Positions 22,862-33,675 of a stretch of 64,000 bases of DNA are shown here, piece after piece; position 1 is the first letter of the stretch; every line of letters starts with the position of its first letter. The stretch is from Spirochaetia bacterium (GTDB lineage: Bacteria > Spirochaetota > Spirochaetia > SZUA-6 > Bin103), in NCBI GenBank assembly GCA_965199955.1, contig CBDATQ010000001.1:1792001-1856000 (forward strand), written 5' to 3'. The position numbers were made by a program, and so were the translations under genes. The notes below the pieces were generated by a model. The model saw only the letters and a list, made by a program, of their open reading frames with translations. It had not been told where the DNA came from and made no database searches.

Positions 22862-24744
22862 TGGCACGTCCCGTTCCCGAGCCCGCCGCCGCACTCGCCA
22901 CCGGCACCACGGCGCCCCCGCCGGCCGAGCTGGCCGCGATGAACATCGTCATCGTCGGCCACGTCGACCACGGCAAGAGCACGGTGGTGGGCCGCCTGCT
23001 GCACGACACCGGCTCGCTCCCGGACGGCAGGATCGAGCAGGTGCGCCGCAACTGCGAGCGCTCCGGCAAGCCATTCGAGTACGCGTTTCTGATCGACGCC
23101 CTCCGCGACGAGCAGGCGCAGGGCATCACCATCGACGCCGCGCGGGTGTTCTTCCGCTCGGCGCGCCGCCGCTACATCATCATCGACGCGCCCGGCCACG
23201 TGGAGTTCCTGAAGAACATGATCTCCGGCGCCGCCCGCGCCGAGGCCGCGGTCCTGGTGATCGACGCCCGCGAAGGAGTGCGCGAGAACTCCCGCCGCCA
23301 CGGCTTCATGACCGCGATGCTCGGCATCCGGCAGATCCTGGTGGTGGTCAACAAGATGGACCTGGTCGGCTACGACCAGGCGGTGTTCGAGGCCATTCAC
23401 GAGGAGTATGCGGCATTCCTCGCCGACATCCAGGCCACGCCGCTCGGATTCGTGCCGGTGAGCGGACGCCACGGCGACAATCTCGTGACGGCCTCGCCGC
23501 GTACCCCCTGGTACGACGGACCGCCGCTGCTGGATCGGATCGACGTCCTGGACTCCGCCGGCCCGGAGACCGAGCAGGCGCTGCGGTTGCCGGTGCAGGA
23601 CGTCTACAAGTTCCCGGTGCGGGGGGACGACGCGCGCATCATCGCCGGCACCATCACCAGCGGGACGGTGGCCGTCGGCGACGCGGTGGAGTTCCTGCCG
23701 TCGCGCAAGCGGTCGCGGGTGCGCAGCATCGAAGGTTTCAACATCCCCCGGACGCGCGAGGCGGTGGCCGGCTCCGCCACCGGCATCACCTTGGCCGAGG
23801 AGCTGTACGTGCGGCCGGGAGAGGTGATGTACCGGGAAGGCGAAGCGCCGCCGCGGGTGGGCACCACCTTTCGCGCCAACCTGTTCTGGCTGGACCGCAA
23901 CCCGTTGGTGCGCGGCCGGCGCTACCTGCTGAAGCTGGCCAGCACGCGGGTGACCGTGCACGTGAAGGAGATCGTGCAGGTTCTCGACGCCGACACCCTG
24001 GAGCGCAGCGGCGCCAAGCAGCACGTCGGCCGCCACGAGGTGGCCGAATGCGTGCTGGAGACCCACAAGCCGATCGCCTTCGACCTCGGTATCGACGCCG
24101 ACCTGGTCGCCACCGGCCGCTTCGTGCTGGTCGACCAGTACGAGATCGCCGGCGGCGGCATCATCACCGAGTACCTGTCCAACCTGAGCGAGTCGCTGCG
24201 CGAGCACGTCCGGCGCCGCGACTACGCATGGGTGAACGGCGCCGTCTCGGGCGGCGAGCGCGCCGACCGTTACGGCCAGGAGCCGCGGCTGGTGGTGCTC
24301 ACCGGCTCGCTGCACCCGCTGCTGGTCCGGGTTGCGCGCGACGTGGAGCGGGAGCTGTTTCAGGGCGGCAGCAACGTCTACTACTTCGGGCTCTCGAACC
24401 TCGCCGGCGGGCTGGACGCCGACGTCGAGCGGGAGCAGCAGTCGTCCAGCGGTGAGACCCGCGACGAGAACATCCGCCATCTCGGCGAGATCGCCCACTT
24501 CCTGACCGACTCCGGACAGATCGTGATCACGACGGTCGCCGACCTGGACGTCTACGAGGCGGAGACGCTGCGCATTCTCAATCAGCCCAACGACATCCTG
24601 ATTGTTCGCATGGGCGAGGACCTGCACGGCGTGCAGGCCGACCTGGTCCTGCCGCCGGAGCTGTCCCCGGAGGACGCGGCGGCGGCGGTGTGTCGTAAGC
24701 TGCGCGCGGAAGACCTTGTCGAAGGCGAGGAGGCAGGCGCATGA
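22861..24744 (+). CDS. cysN: Sulfate adenylyltransferase GTPase subunit fused to a degenerate APS-kinase domain
   Basis: GHVDHGKST, 'GITID', 'DAPGH', NKMD; C-terminal CysC-like domain ('RDENIRHLGEIAHFLTDSG') lacks the P-loop. Confidence 0.9.
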
Positions 24745-25784
24745 GACTGAAGGTGGGCATGATCGGCTGCGGACGGATCGCCAGCACCATCGACGACGAA
24801 CGGACGCCGGAGTGGCGCGGCGGGAGCGTACGGCCGCTCGCCCATGCCGGCGGCTACGCGGAAACCACGGACGTGACCGAGATGGTCGCGGCCTGTGACG
24901 TCGACGAGGCGAAGTTGCAGGAGTTCCAGCGCCGCTGGAGCGTACCGCGCGGCTATCGGGACTTCCGGGAGCTGATCGACAACGAGAAGCCGGACATCCT
25001 GAGCATCTGCACGCGGCCGGAGCAGCACCTGGAGGCGATGGTCTACGGCGCCGAGCACGGCGTGAAGGGCATGTTCGCGGAGAAGCCGCTGTGCTGCACC
25101 CTGCGCGAGGCTGACGCCATCCGGGAAGCGTTCGAGCGCTCCGGGACGATGCTGGAGTTCGGCCCGCCGCGGCGCAACTGGGCGGCCTACCAGCAGGCGC
25201 GGGCGATCGCGGCAAGCGGTGACCTGGGGCGGCTGCAGCTCGTGGTGGGCTTCTGGGGCAACAGCGTGGGCGGCCACGGGCTGGACACGATGCTGTACCT
25301 GGCGGGCGATCCGGAGGAGGTCACCTCGATCCGCGGTACGCTGGACACGCTCAACCCGGCGCCGGGAGACACCTCGCACATGCACTTCGTCAAGGACACA
25401 CAGATCCGCAGCGCGCTGATCGAGTTCGCCGACGGCCCTGACATCGCCGTGGCCGGCACCGGCAACCTGGAGTTCGAGCTGGTCTGCGAGGACGGCCTGA
25501 TCCGTGTCCTCAACGACGGCGAGGAGCTTGCGGTGCGCAGCAAGGAGGCGCGCTCGGGCTTCGACCCGGTCCCCGTGGAGCCGCTCGAGCACTGGAGCGG
25601 TACGGTGCGCAAGATCCGCGACCTGGTGCAGGCCATCCGCACGGGTGAGCCGACCGTGAGCAACCTGTGGATCGCCATGCTCTCCACCGAGATAGGCTTC
25701 GGCCTCTACGAGTCGCACCTGCGCGGCGGCACCGCCGTGCGCCCCCCAATCCCCAACCGCGACCGCATCGTATCGAGCTGGTAG
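24741..25784 (+). CDS. Gfo/Idh/MocA family oxidoreductase
   Basis: 'IGCGRIA', 'AEKPLC'; ATGA overlap with cysN. Confidence 0.88.
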   Translation: MRLKVGMIGCGRIASTIDDERTPEWRGGSVRPLAHAGGYAETTDVTEMVAACDVDEAKLQEFQRRWSVPRGYRDFRELIDNEKPDILSICTRPEQHLEAMVYGAEHGVKGMFAEKPLCCTLREADAIREAFERSGTMLEFGPPRRNWAAYQQARAIAASGDLGRLQLVVGFWGNSVGGHGLDTMLYLAGDPEEVTSIRGTLDTLNPAPGDTSHMHFVKDTQIRSALIEFADGPDIAVAGTGNLEFELVCEDGLIRVLNDGEELAVRSKEARSGFDPVPVEPLEHWSGTVRKIRDLVQAIRTGEPTVSNLWIAMLSTEIGFGLYESHLRGGTAVRPPIPNRDRIVSSW

Positions 25785-25801
25785 GACCTGCGCCAAAGGC
25801 C

Positions 25802-25888
25802 GGCAGCAAGCACTGGTCGGCCGTGATCGCCTATCGAGATCAGAGGCGGAGGATCATATCGGTGCGCAGATCACACGAGGAGGAAGTC
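25802..25888 (+). pseudogene. BrnT-family toxin C-terminal remnant
   Basis: Translates 'GSKHWSAVIAYRDQRRRIISVRRSHEEEV', matching the BrnT 'RIIS(V/A)R' C-terminus; no start or N-terminus. Confidence 0.6.
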
Positions 25889-26017
25889 TGCGCGCAACCA
25901 TTCTTGCGCATAGATTCGCATCCGCCAGTCTCTCGGGCAGGGACGCCGGTCGGGACCGACTCTACGCAGTTGCGGCCGGATCGGTCTGTCCCCCGCATCG
26001 CCGTGTACTCTCCCTTC

Positions 26018-26458
26018 ATGAAGCCCACGTTCACCATTGGCGTGTTCGCGATCATCCACGACGGCGATCGCCGGGTGTTGCTGTGTCATCGTCGCGACCA
26101 CGATCTCTGGAACCTGCCCGGCGGGGCGCTGGAGCACGGCGAAGCGCCGTGGGACGGGGTGATCCGTGAGGTCAGGGAAGAGACCGGGCTCGACGTCGAG
26201 GTCTCCAGCCTGATCGGGGTCTACAGCAAGCCCGAGGCCGACGACCTGGTGTTCTCGTTCCTCTGCCGGCGGACAGGCGGCGACATCGCGCTGAGCGACG
26301 AGGCGGACCGGATCGAGTTCTTCCGCGCCGATGAGCTGCCGCCGAACACGATCCCCAAGCAGGTCGAGCGGATCGCCGACTCCTTCCGCGCAACGGCACC
26401 GCCCGTCTGCCGCGTGCAGACAGGCGCGTCGTCGATCTGCGCGGGCTGTACGGCGTGA
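26018..26458 (+). CDS. NUDIX hydrolase
   Basis: Nudix box 'GGALEHGEAPWDGVIREVREETGL'. Confidence 0.88.
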   Translation: MKPTFTIGVFAIIHDGDRRVLLCHRRDHDLWNLPGGALEHGEAPWDGVIREVREETGLDVEVSSLIGVYSKPEADDLVFSFLCRRTGGDIALSDEADRIEFFRADELPPNTIPKQVERIADSFRATAPPVCRVQTGASSICAGCTA

Positions 26459-26545
26459 TGTACTTCGCGGCTTTGGGGTACGAGATCGTCGTGGAGGAGT
26501 CGAGCAGCCACGGCCGGCTGGACATGGCGGTGCGGGCCGGCGGGC
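26458..26545 (+). pseudogene. Remnant of an AAA-ATPase-associated PD-(D/E)XK nuclease domain
   Basis: 'YFAALGYEIVVEESSSHGRLDMAV' resembles the PDDEXK_9 core; only about 30 codons remain. Confidence 0.6.
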
Positions 26546-26556
26546 ACTCGCTTCGC

Positions 26557-29256
26557 TCACTCGCAGTGCTCGGAACCGGCCAGCTTGGCGCCCGACTGCT
26601 GGATCAGCTTGGCCACCAGCCCGGTCCACCCCGTCTGGTGGCCGGCTCCCAGGCCGGATCCGTCGTCGCCGTGAAAATACTCCGGGAACAGCAGCAGGTC
26701 GCGCCAATGCGGATCGCGTTGGAACGGACTGCGGGCGCCATGCAGCGGGCGCCTGCCCTCGCCGTCGGCCAGGAACAGGCGGATCAGGCGGCATGACAGG
26801 TCGGTGGCGACCTCCTCCAGGTTCATCCAGCGCCCCGAGCCGGTCGGGCACTCCACCTTCAGGTCATCCCCGTAGTAGTGGTGGAACCTCTGCAGGGACT
26901 CGATGATCAGGTAGTTGATCGGGAACCAGATCGGGCCGCGCCAGTTGGAGTTGCCGCCGAACAGGCCGCTGGTCGATTCCGCCGGCTGGTACTCCACCGT
27001 GTGCGCCTGCCCGTCCAGGTGGAAGGTGTACGGCTGCGCCCGGTGGAACTTCGAGACCGAGCGGATGCCGTACTCGGAGAGGAACTCCTGCTCGTTGAGC
27101 ATGACCTTGAGCACCCGCAGCAACCGCTCGCGGGTCAGGATCGACAGCAGCCGCCGCCGGCCCACGCCGGGCACGTCCACGCTGGCCATGTTGCCGGCCA
27201 GGTGCGGGCGGTTGTGCACGAACCAATGCAGGCGGCGGTCGAAGACCTCCAGGTCGTCGATCATGTCGGGCTCGATCGTTTCGACCGCGAACAGCGGCAG
27301 CAGGCCCACCAGCGAGCGCACCTTGAGGGTCTGGGTGCGGCCGTCGGGCAGGTGCAGGGTGTCGTAGAAGAACCCGTCGGCGTGGTCCCAGAGGCTGTGA
27401 CCGTGATGGCCGCCCTCGGTCATGGCATGGGCGATGCGCAGGAAGTGCTCGAACAGCTTGGTCGCGGTGTGCTCGTAGACGCGGTTCCGCCGCGCCAGCT
27501 CCAGGGAGATCTTCAGCAGCGTCAGGCAGTAGGCGCCCATCCAGGCGGTGCCGTCCGACTGGTCGATGTGGCCGCCGGTAGGCAGCACTGCGCTGCGGTC
27601 GAACACGCTGATGTTGTCCATCCCCAGGAAGCCGCCCTGGAACACGTTGTTGCCGTCCTCGTCCTTGCGGTTGACCCACCACGTGAAGTTCAGCAGCAGC
27701 TTGTGGAACACCCCTTCCAGAAACGCGTGGTCGGGACTGCCCGTGGCGTGGCCGTCGATCTTGTAGACCCGCCACGCGGCCCACGCGTGCACCGGCGGGT
27801 TGACGTCATCGAACGCCCACTCGTAGGCCGGGAGCTGGCCGTTGGGGTGCATGTACCACTCGCGGGTCATCAGCTCCAACTGCCGCTTGGCGAAGTCGGC
27901 GTCGACCAGGGCCAGCGGGATGCAGTGGAACGCCAGATCCCAGGTGGCGTACCACGGGTACTCCCACTTGTCGGGCATCGAGATGACGTCGAAGTTGGTC
28001 AGGTGAGCCCAGTCCCGGTTCCGTCCCCGCCGGCGGTCGGCCGGCGGCGGGGCTGCGGCGGGATCTCCTCCGAGCCACTGCTCGACGTCGTAGTAGTAGA
28101 GCTGCTTCGACCAGAGCATGCCGGCGAGCGCCTGCCGCTGCACGTTGCGCTCGTCTGGGCTGAGGCCCGGGCAGTGCATGGCGGCGTAGAACTCGTCCGC
28201 TTCGGCACGGCGCTGTGCGAACGTCTCATCGAGGCGCTCGAACGGGTCGTCGTGCGCCGCACGGGCGAGGCGCAGGCAGCAGGTCGACGATCCGCCGGGC
28301 GGGATGCTCTGCCGGTAGAGCGCTGCCACCTTGGTTCCCAGGCCGTAGGGATTCACGGCGTCGGAGTCCCCATCGACCAGAAAGCGGTGGAAGGCGTCTT
28401 TCACGTACGGACTCGGGTTGGGGGTCCCGAACACGCGCACGGCGTTGGTCTCGTTCTCCGTGAACAGCAGCTCCGGCGCCGCGGCGGCATGTAGCACGTA
28501 CCGCCCGTCGGCCGGGTGATCGGCCTGCACCGCGGCGGCGCCGTCGGTCCCGCCCGGCTGATCGAGCCGGCGGAGCACCGGCTTGGCCGCGACGTCGTTC
28601 ATCGGGCCGGCCTCGTACCCCCAGCTCCAGGTGTTGCGGAACCACAGGGTGGGCAGCGTCCAGCAAGCCGCCTCCTCGGGGCCGCGGTTCAGCACCGTGA
28701 TGCGGATCAGGATGTCCTCCTGATCCGCCTTGGCGTACTCGACGCACACGTCGAAGTAGCGGTTCTCCGCGAAGGCGCCGGTGTCGAGCAGCTCGTACTC
28801 GGGATCGTGGTAGCCGCGCCGCTGCGACTCCGTCACCAGCTCCCGGTAGGGGAACGGGGCCTGCGGGTACTTGTAGAGCATCTTCATGTAGCTGTGCGTG
28901 GGCGTGCTGTCCAGGTAGAAGTAGCACTCCTTGACGTCCTCGCCGTGGTTGCCCTCGACGCCGGTCAGGCCGAACAGCCGCTCCTTGAGGATGGGGTCGT
29001 GTCCGTTCCACAGGGCGACGGCGAAGCACAGGTACTGGGAGCGGTCGCAGATGCCGGCCAGGCCGTCCTCGTTCCAGCGGTACGCGCGGCTGGGGGCGTG
29101 ATCGTGCGGAAAGTAGTCCCACGCCGCGCCGTGAGCGCTGTAGTCTTCGCGTACCGTGCCCCACGCCCGTTCGCTGAGGTATGGCCCCCACTGCTTCCAG
29201 TTGGCCGTGCGCGCCTGATGGGCCGCGAGCCGCGCGTGTTCCGCCGTTCCATTCAC
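26557..29256 (-). CDS. GH63 / MGH1-like glucosidase
   Basis: '[18 protein letters not shown]', '[18 protein letters not shown]', '[11 protein letters not shown]', '[12 protein letters not shown]'. Confidence 0.9.
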   Translation of the reverse strand: MNGTAEHARLAAHQARTANWKQWGPYLSERAWGTVREDYSAHGAAWDYFPHDHAPSRAYRWNEDGLAGICDRSQYLCFAVALWNGHDPILKERLFGLTGVEGNHGEDVKECYFYLDSTPTHSYMKMLYKYPQAPFPYRELVTESQRRGYHDPEYELLDTGAFAENRYFDVCVEYAKADQEDILIRITVLNRGPEEAACWTLPTLWFRNTWSWGYEAGPMNDVAAKPVLRRLDQPGGTDGAAAVQADHPADGRYVLHAAAAPELLFTENETNAVRVFGTPNPSPYVKDAFHRFLVDGDSDAVNPYGLGTKVAALYRQSIPPGGSSTCCLRLARAAHDDPFERLDETFAQRRAEADEFYAAMHCPGLSPDERNVQRQALAGMLWSKQLYYYDVEQWLGGDPAAAPPPADRRRGRNRDWAHLTNFDVISMPDKWEYPWYATWDLAFHCIPLALVDADFAKRQLELMTREWYMHPNGQLPAYEWAFDDVNPPVHAWAAWRVYKIDGHATGSPDHAFLEGVFHKLLLNFTWWVNRKDEDGNNVFQGGFLGMDNISVFDRSAVLPTGGHIDQSDGTAWMGAYCLTLLKISLELARRNRVYEHTATKLFEHFLRIAHAMTEGGHHGHSLWDHADGFFYDTLHLPDGRTQTLKVRSLVGLLPLFAVETIEPDMIDDLEVFDRRLHWFVHNRPHLAGNMASVDVPGVGRRRLLSILTRERLLRVLKVMLNEQEFLSEYGIRSVSKFHRAQPYTFHLDGQAHTVEYQPAESTSGLFGGNSNWRGPIWFPINYLIIESLQRFHHYYGDDLKVECPTGSGRWMNLEEVATDLSCRLIRLFLADGEGRRPLHGARSPFQRDPHWRDLLLFPEYFHGDDGSGLGAGHQTGWTGLVAKLIQQSGAKLAGSEHCE

Positions 29257-29278
29257 AATCGTGGTGGCCCCTCCCGAG

Positions 29279-29926
29279 CTAGTCCCACATCCGGAAGCCG
29301 CCCACGAACGCATTCTCGTTCGGGCAGATGAAGGTATCCGCGGGCAGCTTCTTGAGGAGCGCGGCATTGCCGCCGCCCAGGACGACGTAATCGGAGACCA
29401 GCGCGGCGCGCAGACAGTCGACGACGGCCGCCACTTCCCGGCGCCATTTCTTCTTTCCCAGGCGCTTCAGACCCCGCGCGCCGACGTAGTCTTCGAAGGT
29501 CATCTTCTTCTTGTACGGAAGATGGGCCAGTTCCATCGGCAGTACGGCGCCGGCCAGGACCATGGCCGAGCCCAGGCCGGTGCCCAGCCCCAGGAACAGC
29601 ATCCGTCCGCCGCGATAGCTGCCGAGCGCCTGCATCGCCGCGTCGTTGATCACCTTCACCGGGCGGTCGAACGCGGCCTCGAAATCGAACCCGACCCAGC
29701 CGCTGCCCAGGTTCTTCGGATCGCGCAGGATCGTGCCGTCCGACACCGGCCCCGGATAGCCGATGGAGACCGCGTCATAGTGCCGGTTGTGGGCGAGCGT
29801 CTTGACCGCCGCTACCATGTCCGCCGCCGTCATCTCCGGCCCCGACGGAACGGAGCGCCGCCGATCGTCGCCCGTGACCTTCACTTTCACGTTGCTGCCG
29901 CCGACATCGACGACGAGTACGTCCAT
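29279..29926 (-). CDS. ROK family polyphosphate/ATP glucokinase
   Basis: 'VDVGGSNVK', '[10 protein letters not shown]', '[10 protein letters not shown]', 'MELAHLPY'. Confidence 0.88.
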   Translation of the reverse strand: MDVLVVDVGGSNVKVKVTGDDRRRSVPSGPEMTAADMVAAVKTLAHNRHYDAVSIGYPGPVSDGTILRDPKNLGSGWVGFDFEAAFDRPVKVINDAAMQALGSYRGGRMLFLGLGTGLGSAMVLAGAVLPMELAHLPYKKKMTFEDYVGARGLKRLGKKKWRREVAAVVDCLRAALVSDYVVLGGGNAALLKKLPADTFICPNENAFVGGFRMWD

Positions 29927-29997
29927 TTCCGTGCCTGTTGGCCGTCGTTCCGACTCGGTTGAAGCGTTGCTGATGACGGAGCATCCTAGCGAGCACG

Positions 29998-31635
29998 GTG
30001 AAGGCATTGTCAAGCCGGGAGCCGTTCGCGTGGCGATCCGGGATGCACGGCCGGGTGGCCGACCGGGCGCGTCTCGGCGCCGGGGACCGGGCGGTGCTGT
30101 TCGCCTTCGACGATCACGCCATGCCGTGGCGCTACCGTGTGCGGCTACAGATGCACCGGCCGGAGAAGCACGCCGGCAACCCGATCCTGGCGCGGGGGCC
30201 GGCCGGCGCGGTCGATTCCCGGCGGTTGCAGTGCTGCCCGGTCGTGCACGACGGCGAGCGGTTCCGGATGTGGTACATCGCCCGCGACGACGGCGGCGCC
30301 GGACGCGGCCGTGCGGAAGGTGGCTACGCGGACGTCGATCCGGCGGTCGTGCACTCCTACGACACGGGCCGGATCTGCTACGCGGAGAGCGACGACGGGC
30401 TGACGTGGACCCGGCCCGAGCTGGGTCTGGTGGAGTACGGCGGCTCCCGACGCAACAACATCGTCGATCTGCCGCCGGGCTCCGGCAACATGGACATCCT
30501 GTATCAGCCGGACGCCCCCGCGGAGCGCCGTTACCTGATGGTCAACGAATACATGGCGTGGCGTCACCGGGCGGGCTCGGCCCTGGAACGGCCGTCCATC
30601 ACCCTGTTCGCGGCCAGCCCGGACGGCTTGCGCTGGACGATGCTGCGGGACGAGCCGGGCGCGATCGGCCAGCACTTCGAGTGCTCCTGCCTGTACCGGT
30701 ACCGCGGCAACTACCACGTGGCCGGCCACATCGGGCCGCCCATGGCGTACGCCCCGCTGCAGCGCCACCCCGCCATCTGGATGGTCGGCGCCAAGATGCT
30801 GGCGGTGTGGCGCTCGCCCACGGTCGACTCCTGGCCGCTGGAGATGTGCGTGGGCTTCTTCAAGCCGATGCAGTCGTCCTCGCCCTTCCGTACCGGCTGG
30901 GACCGGGAGGAGAACCACCTTGGCGCCTACGTCACTCCGTACCCGAACGTCTGCCTGGCGGTGACCGGCCAGTGGCACCACCGGATCACGGACGCGCCGC
31001 CGGAACATCCCGACTACCTGGCCGGGCAGGTCTCCGTCGACCTGGGGTTCGCCTACAGCGAGGACGGCGTCCACTTCCAGGAGCCGGCGCCCGGCTTCAC
31101 GTTCGTGCCGCGCGACCAGGAGATGGGCTGGGACCGCGACTTCCGCGGCAACAACACGGACGACCACCTGATCATGATCCAGGGGCCGATGGTCAACGCC
31201 GGCGAGGAGACCTTCATCTACTACACCGCGTTCACGCCCACCGGCGACTGCATGGAGGGGCGCAGCAACCTGGGCGTCGCGCGCATGCCGCGGGAGCGTT
31301 TCGGCAGCCTGGTCACCGTGGCGGACGCCGCGTTTGGACAGGTGGTGACGGCCGTGATCGGCGCGGGGCCTGAGACCTGGCTCGCGGCCAACGCCGCGGT
31401 CGAGCCGGGCGGCCACCTGCAGGCGGCCCTGCTGGACGCTGACGGGATCCGCGAGCTGCGCGGCTTTACGCTTGGCGACAGCGTTCCGATCCGTGAATCC
31501 GGATTCACGCAGCCGATCGCCTGGAAGGGCCGGCAGCGGCTCCCCGAGGGCGGTTTCCGGCTGCGCCTGCGCCTGACCGCGGCGCGCCTGTTCGCCGTGG
31601 AGCTGCACCGGGGAACCGTCGACACCTCCTCGTGA
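29998..31635 (+). CDS. Hypothetical five-bladed beta-propeller glycosidase-like protein with C-terminal beta-sandwich
   Basis: 'FRMWY', 'CYAESDDGLTWTRPELGLVEYGGSRRNN', C-terminal 'RLRLRLTAARLFA'. Confidence 0.7.
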   Translation: MKALSSREPFAWRSGMHGRVADRARLGAGDRAVLFAFDDHAMPWRYRVRLQMHRPEKHAGNPILARGPAGAVDSRRLQCCPVVHDGERFRMWYIARDDGGAGRGRAEGGYADVDPAVVHSYDTGRICYAESDDGLTWTRPELGLVEYGGSRRNNIVDLPPGSGNMDILYQPDAPAERRYLMVNEYMAWRHRAGSALERPSITLFAASPDGLRWTMLRDEPGAIGQHFECSCLYRYRGNYHVAGHIGPPMAYAPLQRHPAIWMVGAKMLAVWRSPTVDSWPLEMCVGFFKPMQSSSPFRTGWDREENHLGAYVTPYPNVCLAVTGQWHHRITDAPPEHPDYLAGQVSVDLGFAYSEDGVHFQEPAPGFTFVPRDQEMGWDRDFRGNNTDDHLIMIQGPMVNAGEETFIYYTAFTPTGDCMEGRSNLGVARMPRERFGSLVTVADAAFGQVVTAVIGAGPETWLAANAAVEPGGHLQAALLDADGIRELRGFTLGDSVPIRESGFTQPIAWKGRQRLPEGGFRLRLRLTAARLFAVELHRGTVDTSS

Positions 31636-31645
31636 GTGGCTTGAG

Positions 31646-31774
31646 GTGACCGTACCCCTCCGGATTGGGACGACCCGGCAACTGTTCGTCGAAGGCTTCA
31701 TCGTGTTCTACCTCGACCGCGCGCGTCTGTATTCGTTCATACAGGCAGGCGAGGGGGCTCCGGCAGACCGATAG
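31646..31774 (+). pseudogene. Internally collapsed remnant of a propeller-family gene (N- and C-termini fused)
   Basis: VTVPLRIGTTRQLFVEGFI + VFYLDRARLYSF; compare paralog 48346..49773 ('PIELAAGTHLFIDDYLI'...'FRLRDAELYAF'). Confidence 0.6.
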
Positions 31775-31794
31775 CCGCGGGGCGCCACCGGACG

Positions 31795-31893
31795 ATGATC
31801 GAGCTTCAGACCAATCCGGCGATCGGCGAGCGCGGCGTGGTCAGCGTGCGGCTGCCCGCGGGCGCCGGGCCGCATCCGGTCGTGGTGGGCATA
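31795..31893 (+). pseudogene. Alpha/beta hydrolase (esterase) N-terminal fragment
   Basis: 'VRLPAGAGPHPVVVGI' stops just before the expected HGGG motif, where GC content drops. Confidence 0.55.
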
Positions 31894-32160
31894 GATTGTG
31901 AACAAAGCTCTCGAGGACGCGGCATGAACGGTTACGTGACTCCAGACGGCTGCCCATCGAGGATTTTCGCCACCACTCCTGTAGAGGAAATGACCCAGAC
32001 GCTGTAGAAGCGTCTTTGCATCCTGCCGGTAACCGGCCATCAGTGGCCTACTGGCGGCCTTGGTTGCCTATCCGGCACGGCTTCGAGAAGAGCATTTACC
32101 AGCCACCAAAGATCTTCAAATTCGAGCTGTTACAATGCAAATCAATAATAGTTTCTGTAC

Positions 32161-33618
32161 TTATGTATTATTGGCGATGGCTATTTCGAGATCACGGCGC
32201 TTATCAGATAGATAGCCGAGCGTTCGACTTCCGATCATATTACCGGACACTTCTAGCCAGCGTAGCCGAGGGATACAGGCGAGAACAAGAATAGCTTCCT
32301 CCTGAAGTGGGCATCCTGCCAATCGCAGGCGAGTGAGTTGATTGAGCCTGCATAAAGCCTGAAAGTTGATTCCTTTGATGTTTGTATGAGATAGATCAAG
32401 AAATGTCAGGAGAGAGCACTTGGCTATGTACTCTAAGCACAGATCTGTGCAGCGCGTACCCCGAATGTCAAGCGCTCGTAGTCGGTGAAAGCGACTCAGT
32501 ATTTCTGCTCCCGCGTCAGTAATGGCGCAACCTCTAAGCCACAAACACTGGACGTGTTCCTTGAATTCAACTAGGTGTTGAATGCCCGTATCGGTCACTC
32601 TGGTACCGCTCAGGTTGATCATGCCATCTCCGATTGCAAAGTCTTCTTGTGCAAGTAGCGTGTCAATTCTGCGCTGTTGAATCGACTTCTTGCGACGAGA
32701 TATACGTCTTGATTGACGTTCTCTGCGGGTTGGATGTCCTTTTTGGTCCCAATGATCGGAGAAACGAGTCAGCGTGTGTTCCGCAAGCGAGGAGGCGTGT
32801 ATCAGCGGAGGACTTTGCTGTTGGACACCGATTTTCCCTACGGAGACTCCTTCCGTTTGGTATTCCTCCAGGGCTATGGACCCATCCTGCAATACGATTA
32901 CACGACTCCAGGTGTTAGCGATCAGAATCGCAAAACCTCCTTCAACTGCGTGCTTCCTCATGACGCGCGTATTGATGGGACCGCCACCTCCGTCCATTGG
33001 AATCGCAACGATCTCAGCCCCTTGCGCAGCATATGGGGAGAAATGCTCGGCTATTGTCCGATCGGCGCAGATCAACATGCCCATCCGGCCGAAAGGAGTG
33101 TTCTTGCACGGCATATTACGACCAGCATCGATCCACTGCTCGGTCTGAGGGAATACCTTGCTGTATCTATAGATGACATTTCCCAAAGGAGATAGCATCA
33201 CACAGCTGTTACGTAGCCTCGGTTGGCGACCGCGAATATCTACTCGTTCAAGAAAGCCGAATACGAGGTGGATGTTTAGTTGTCGGCACATGGACGCTGC
33301 TCTCACCAGGTAGGGGCCATCAGGAATGCGTTGGGCAATGGTAATCATGCGGCGTCGTGAAGTAGGATATGTGCAGCAATATCCATCAAGTACTGATTCG
33401 GGAGCCACTACCAGTTCTGCCCCGAGGTCCGCTGCTTCGCGGACATAAGATTCTAGTCGACGGTAATTCTCTTCGATAGCGTATGGAAACCCACGCATGC
33501 TTACGAGGCCGACGCGAAAGCTCTGGTAGGGATCGCTTGTAGAGGCGTTTCTGTTGCTTTGGCTGGACGCGACACGCTGTGATATATCAGGATTCTTCAT
33601 CGAATTCACCTGTTTCAA
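32161..33618 (-). CDS. Carbon-nitrogen hydrolase (nitrilase family) fused to leucine-rich repeats; start may be 33600
   Basis: E-K-C triad ('APES', 'YSKV', 'LICADR'); about six LRRs (LSGTRVTDTGIQHL, LRGCAITDAGAEIL, IRGTRCTD, LSHTNI...); lower GC. Confidence 0.8.
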   Translation of the reverse strand: MKQVNSMKNPDISQRVASSQSNRNASTSDPYQSFRVGLVSMRGFPYAIEENYRRLESYVREAADLGAELVVAPESVLDGYCCTYPTSRRRMITIAQRIPDGPYLVRAASMCRQLNIHLVFGFLERVDIRGRQPRLRNSCVMLSPLGNVIYRYSKVFPQTEQWIDAGRNMPCKNTPFGRMGMLICADRTIAEHFSPYAAQGAEIVAIPMDGGGGPINTRVMRKHAVEGGFAILIANTWSRVIVLQDGSIALEEYQTEGVSVGKIGVQQQSPPLIHASSLAEHTLTRFSDHWDQKGHPTRRERQSRRISRRKKSIQQRRIDTLLAQEDFAIGDGMINLSGTRVTDTGIQHLVEFKEHVQCLWLRGCAITDAGAEILSRFHRLRALDIRGTRCTDLCLEYIAKCSLLTFLDLSHTNIKGINFQALCRLNQLTRLRLAGCPLQEEAILVLACIPRLRWLEVSGNMIGSRTLGYLSDKRRDLEIAIANNT

Positions 33619-33675
33619 TTGGGTGTAGGTCTCGAACTGACGATTCAGGCGGCATGACCGTAGACGGACGCGATC

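Noticed and set aside
31894..32160. Possible highly decayed IS5-like remnant at the left island edge
   Set aside because: Similarity is faint and spread over several frames; cannot be supported without a search
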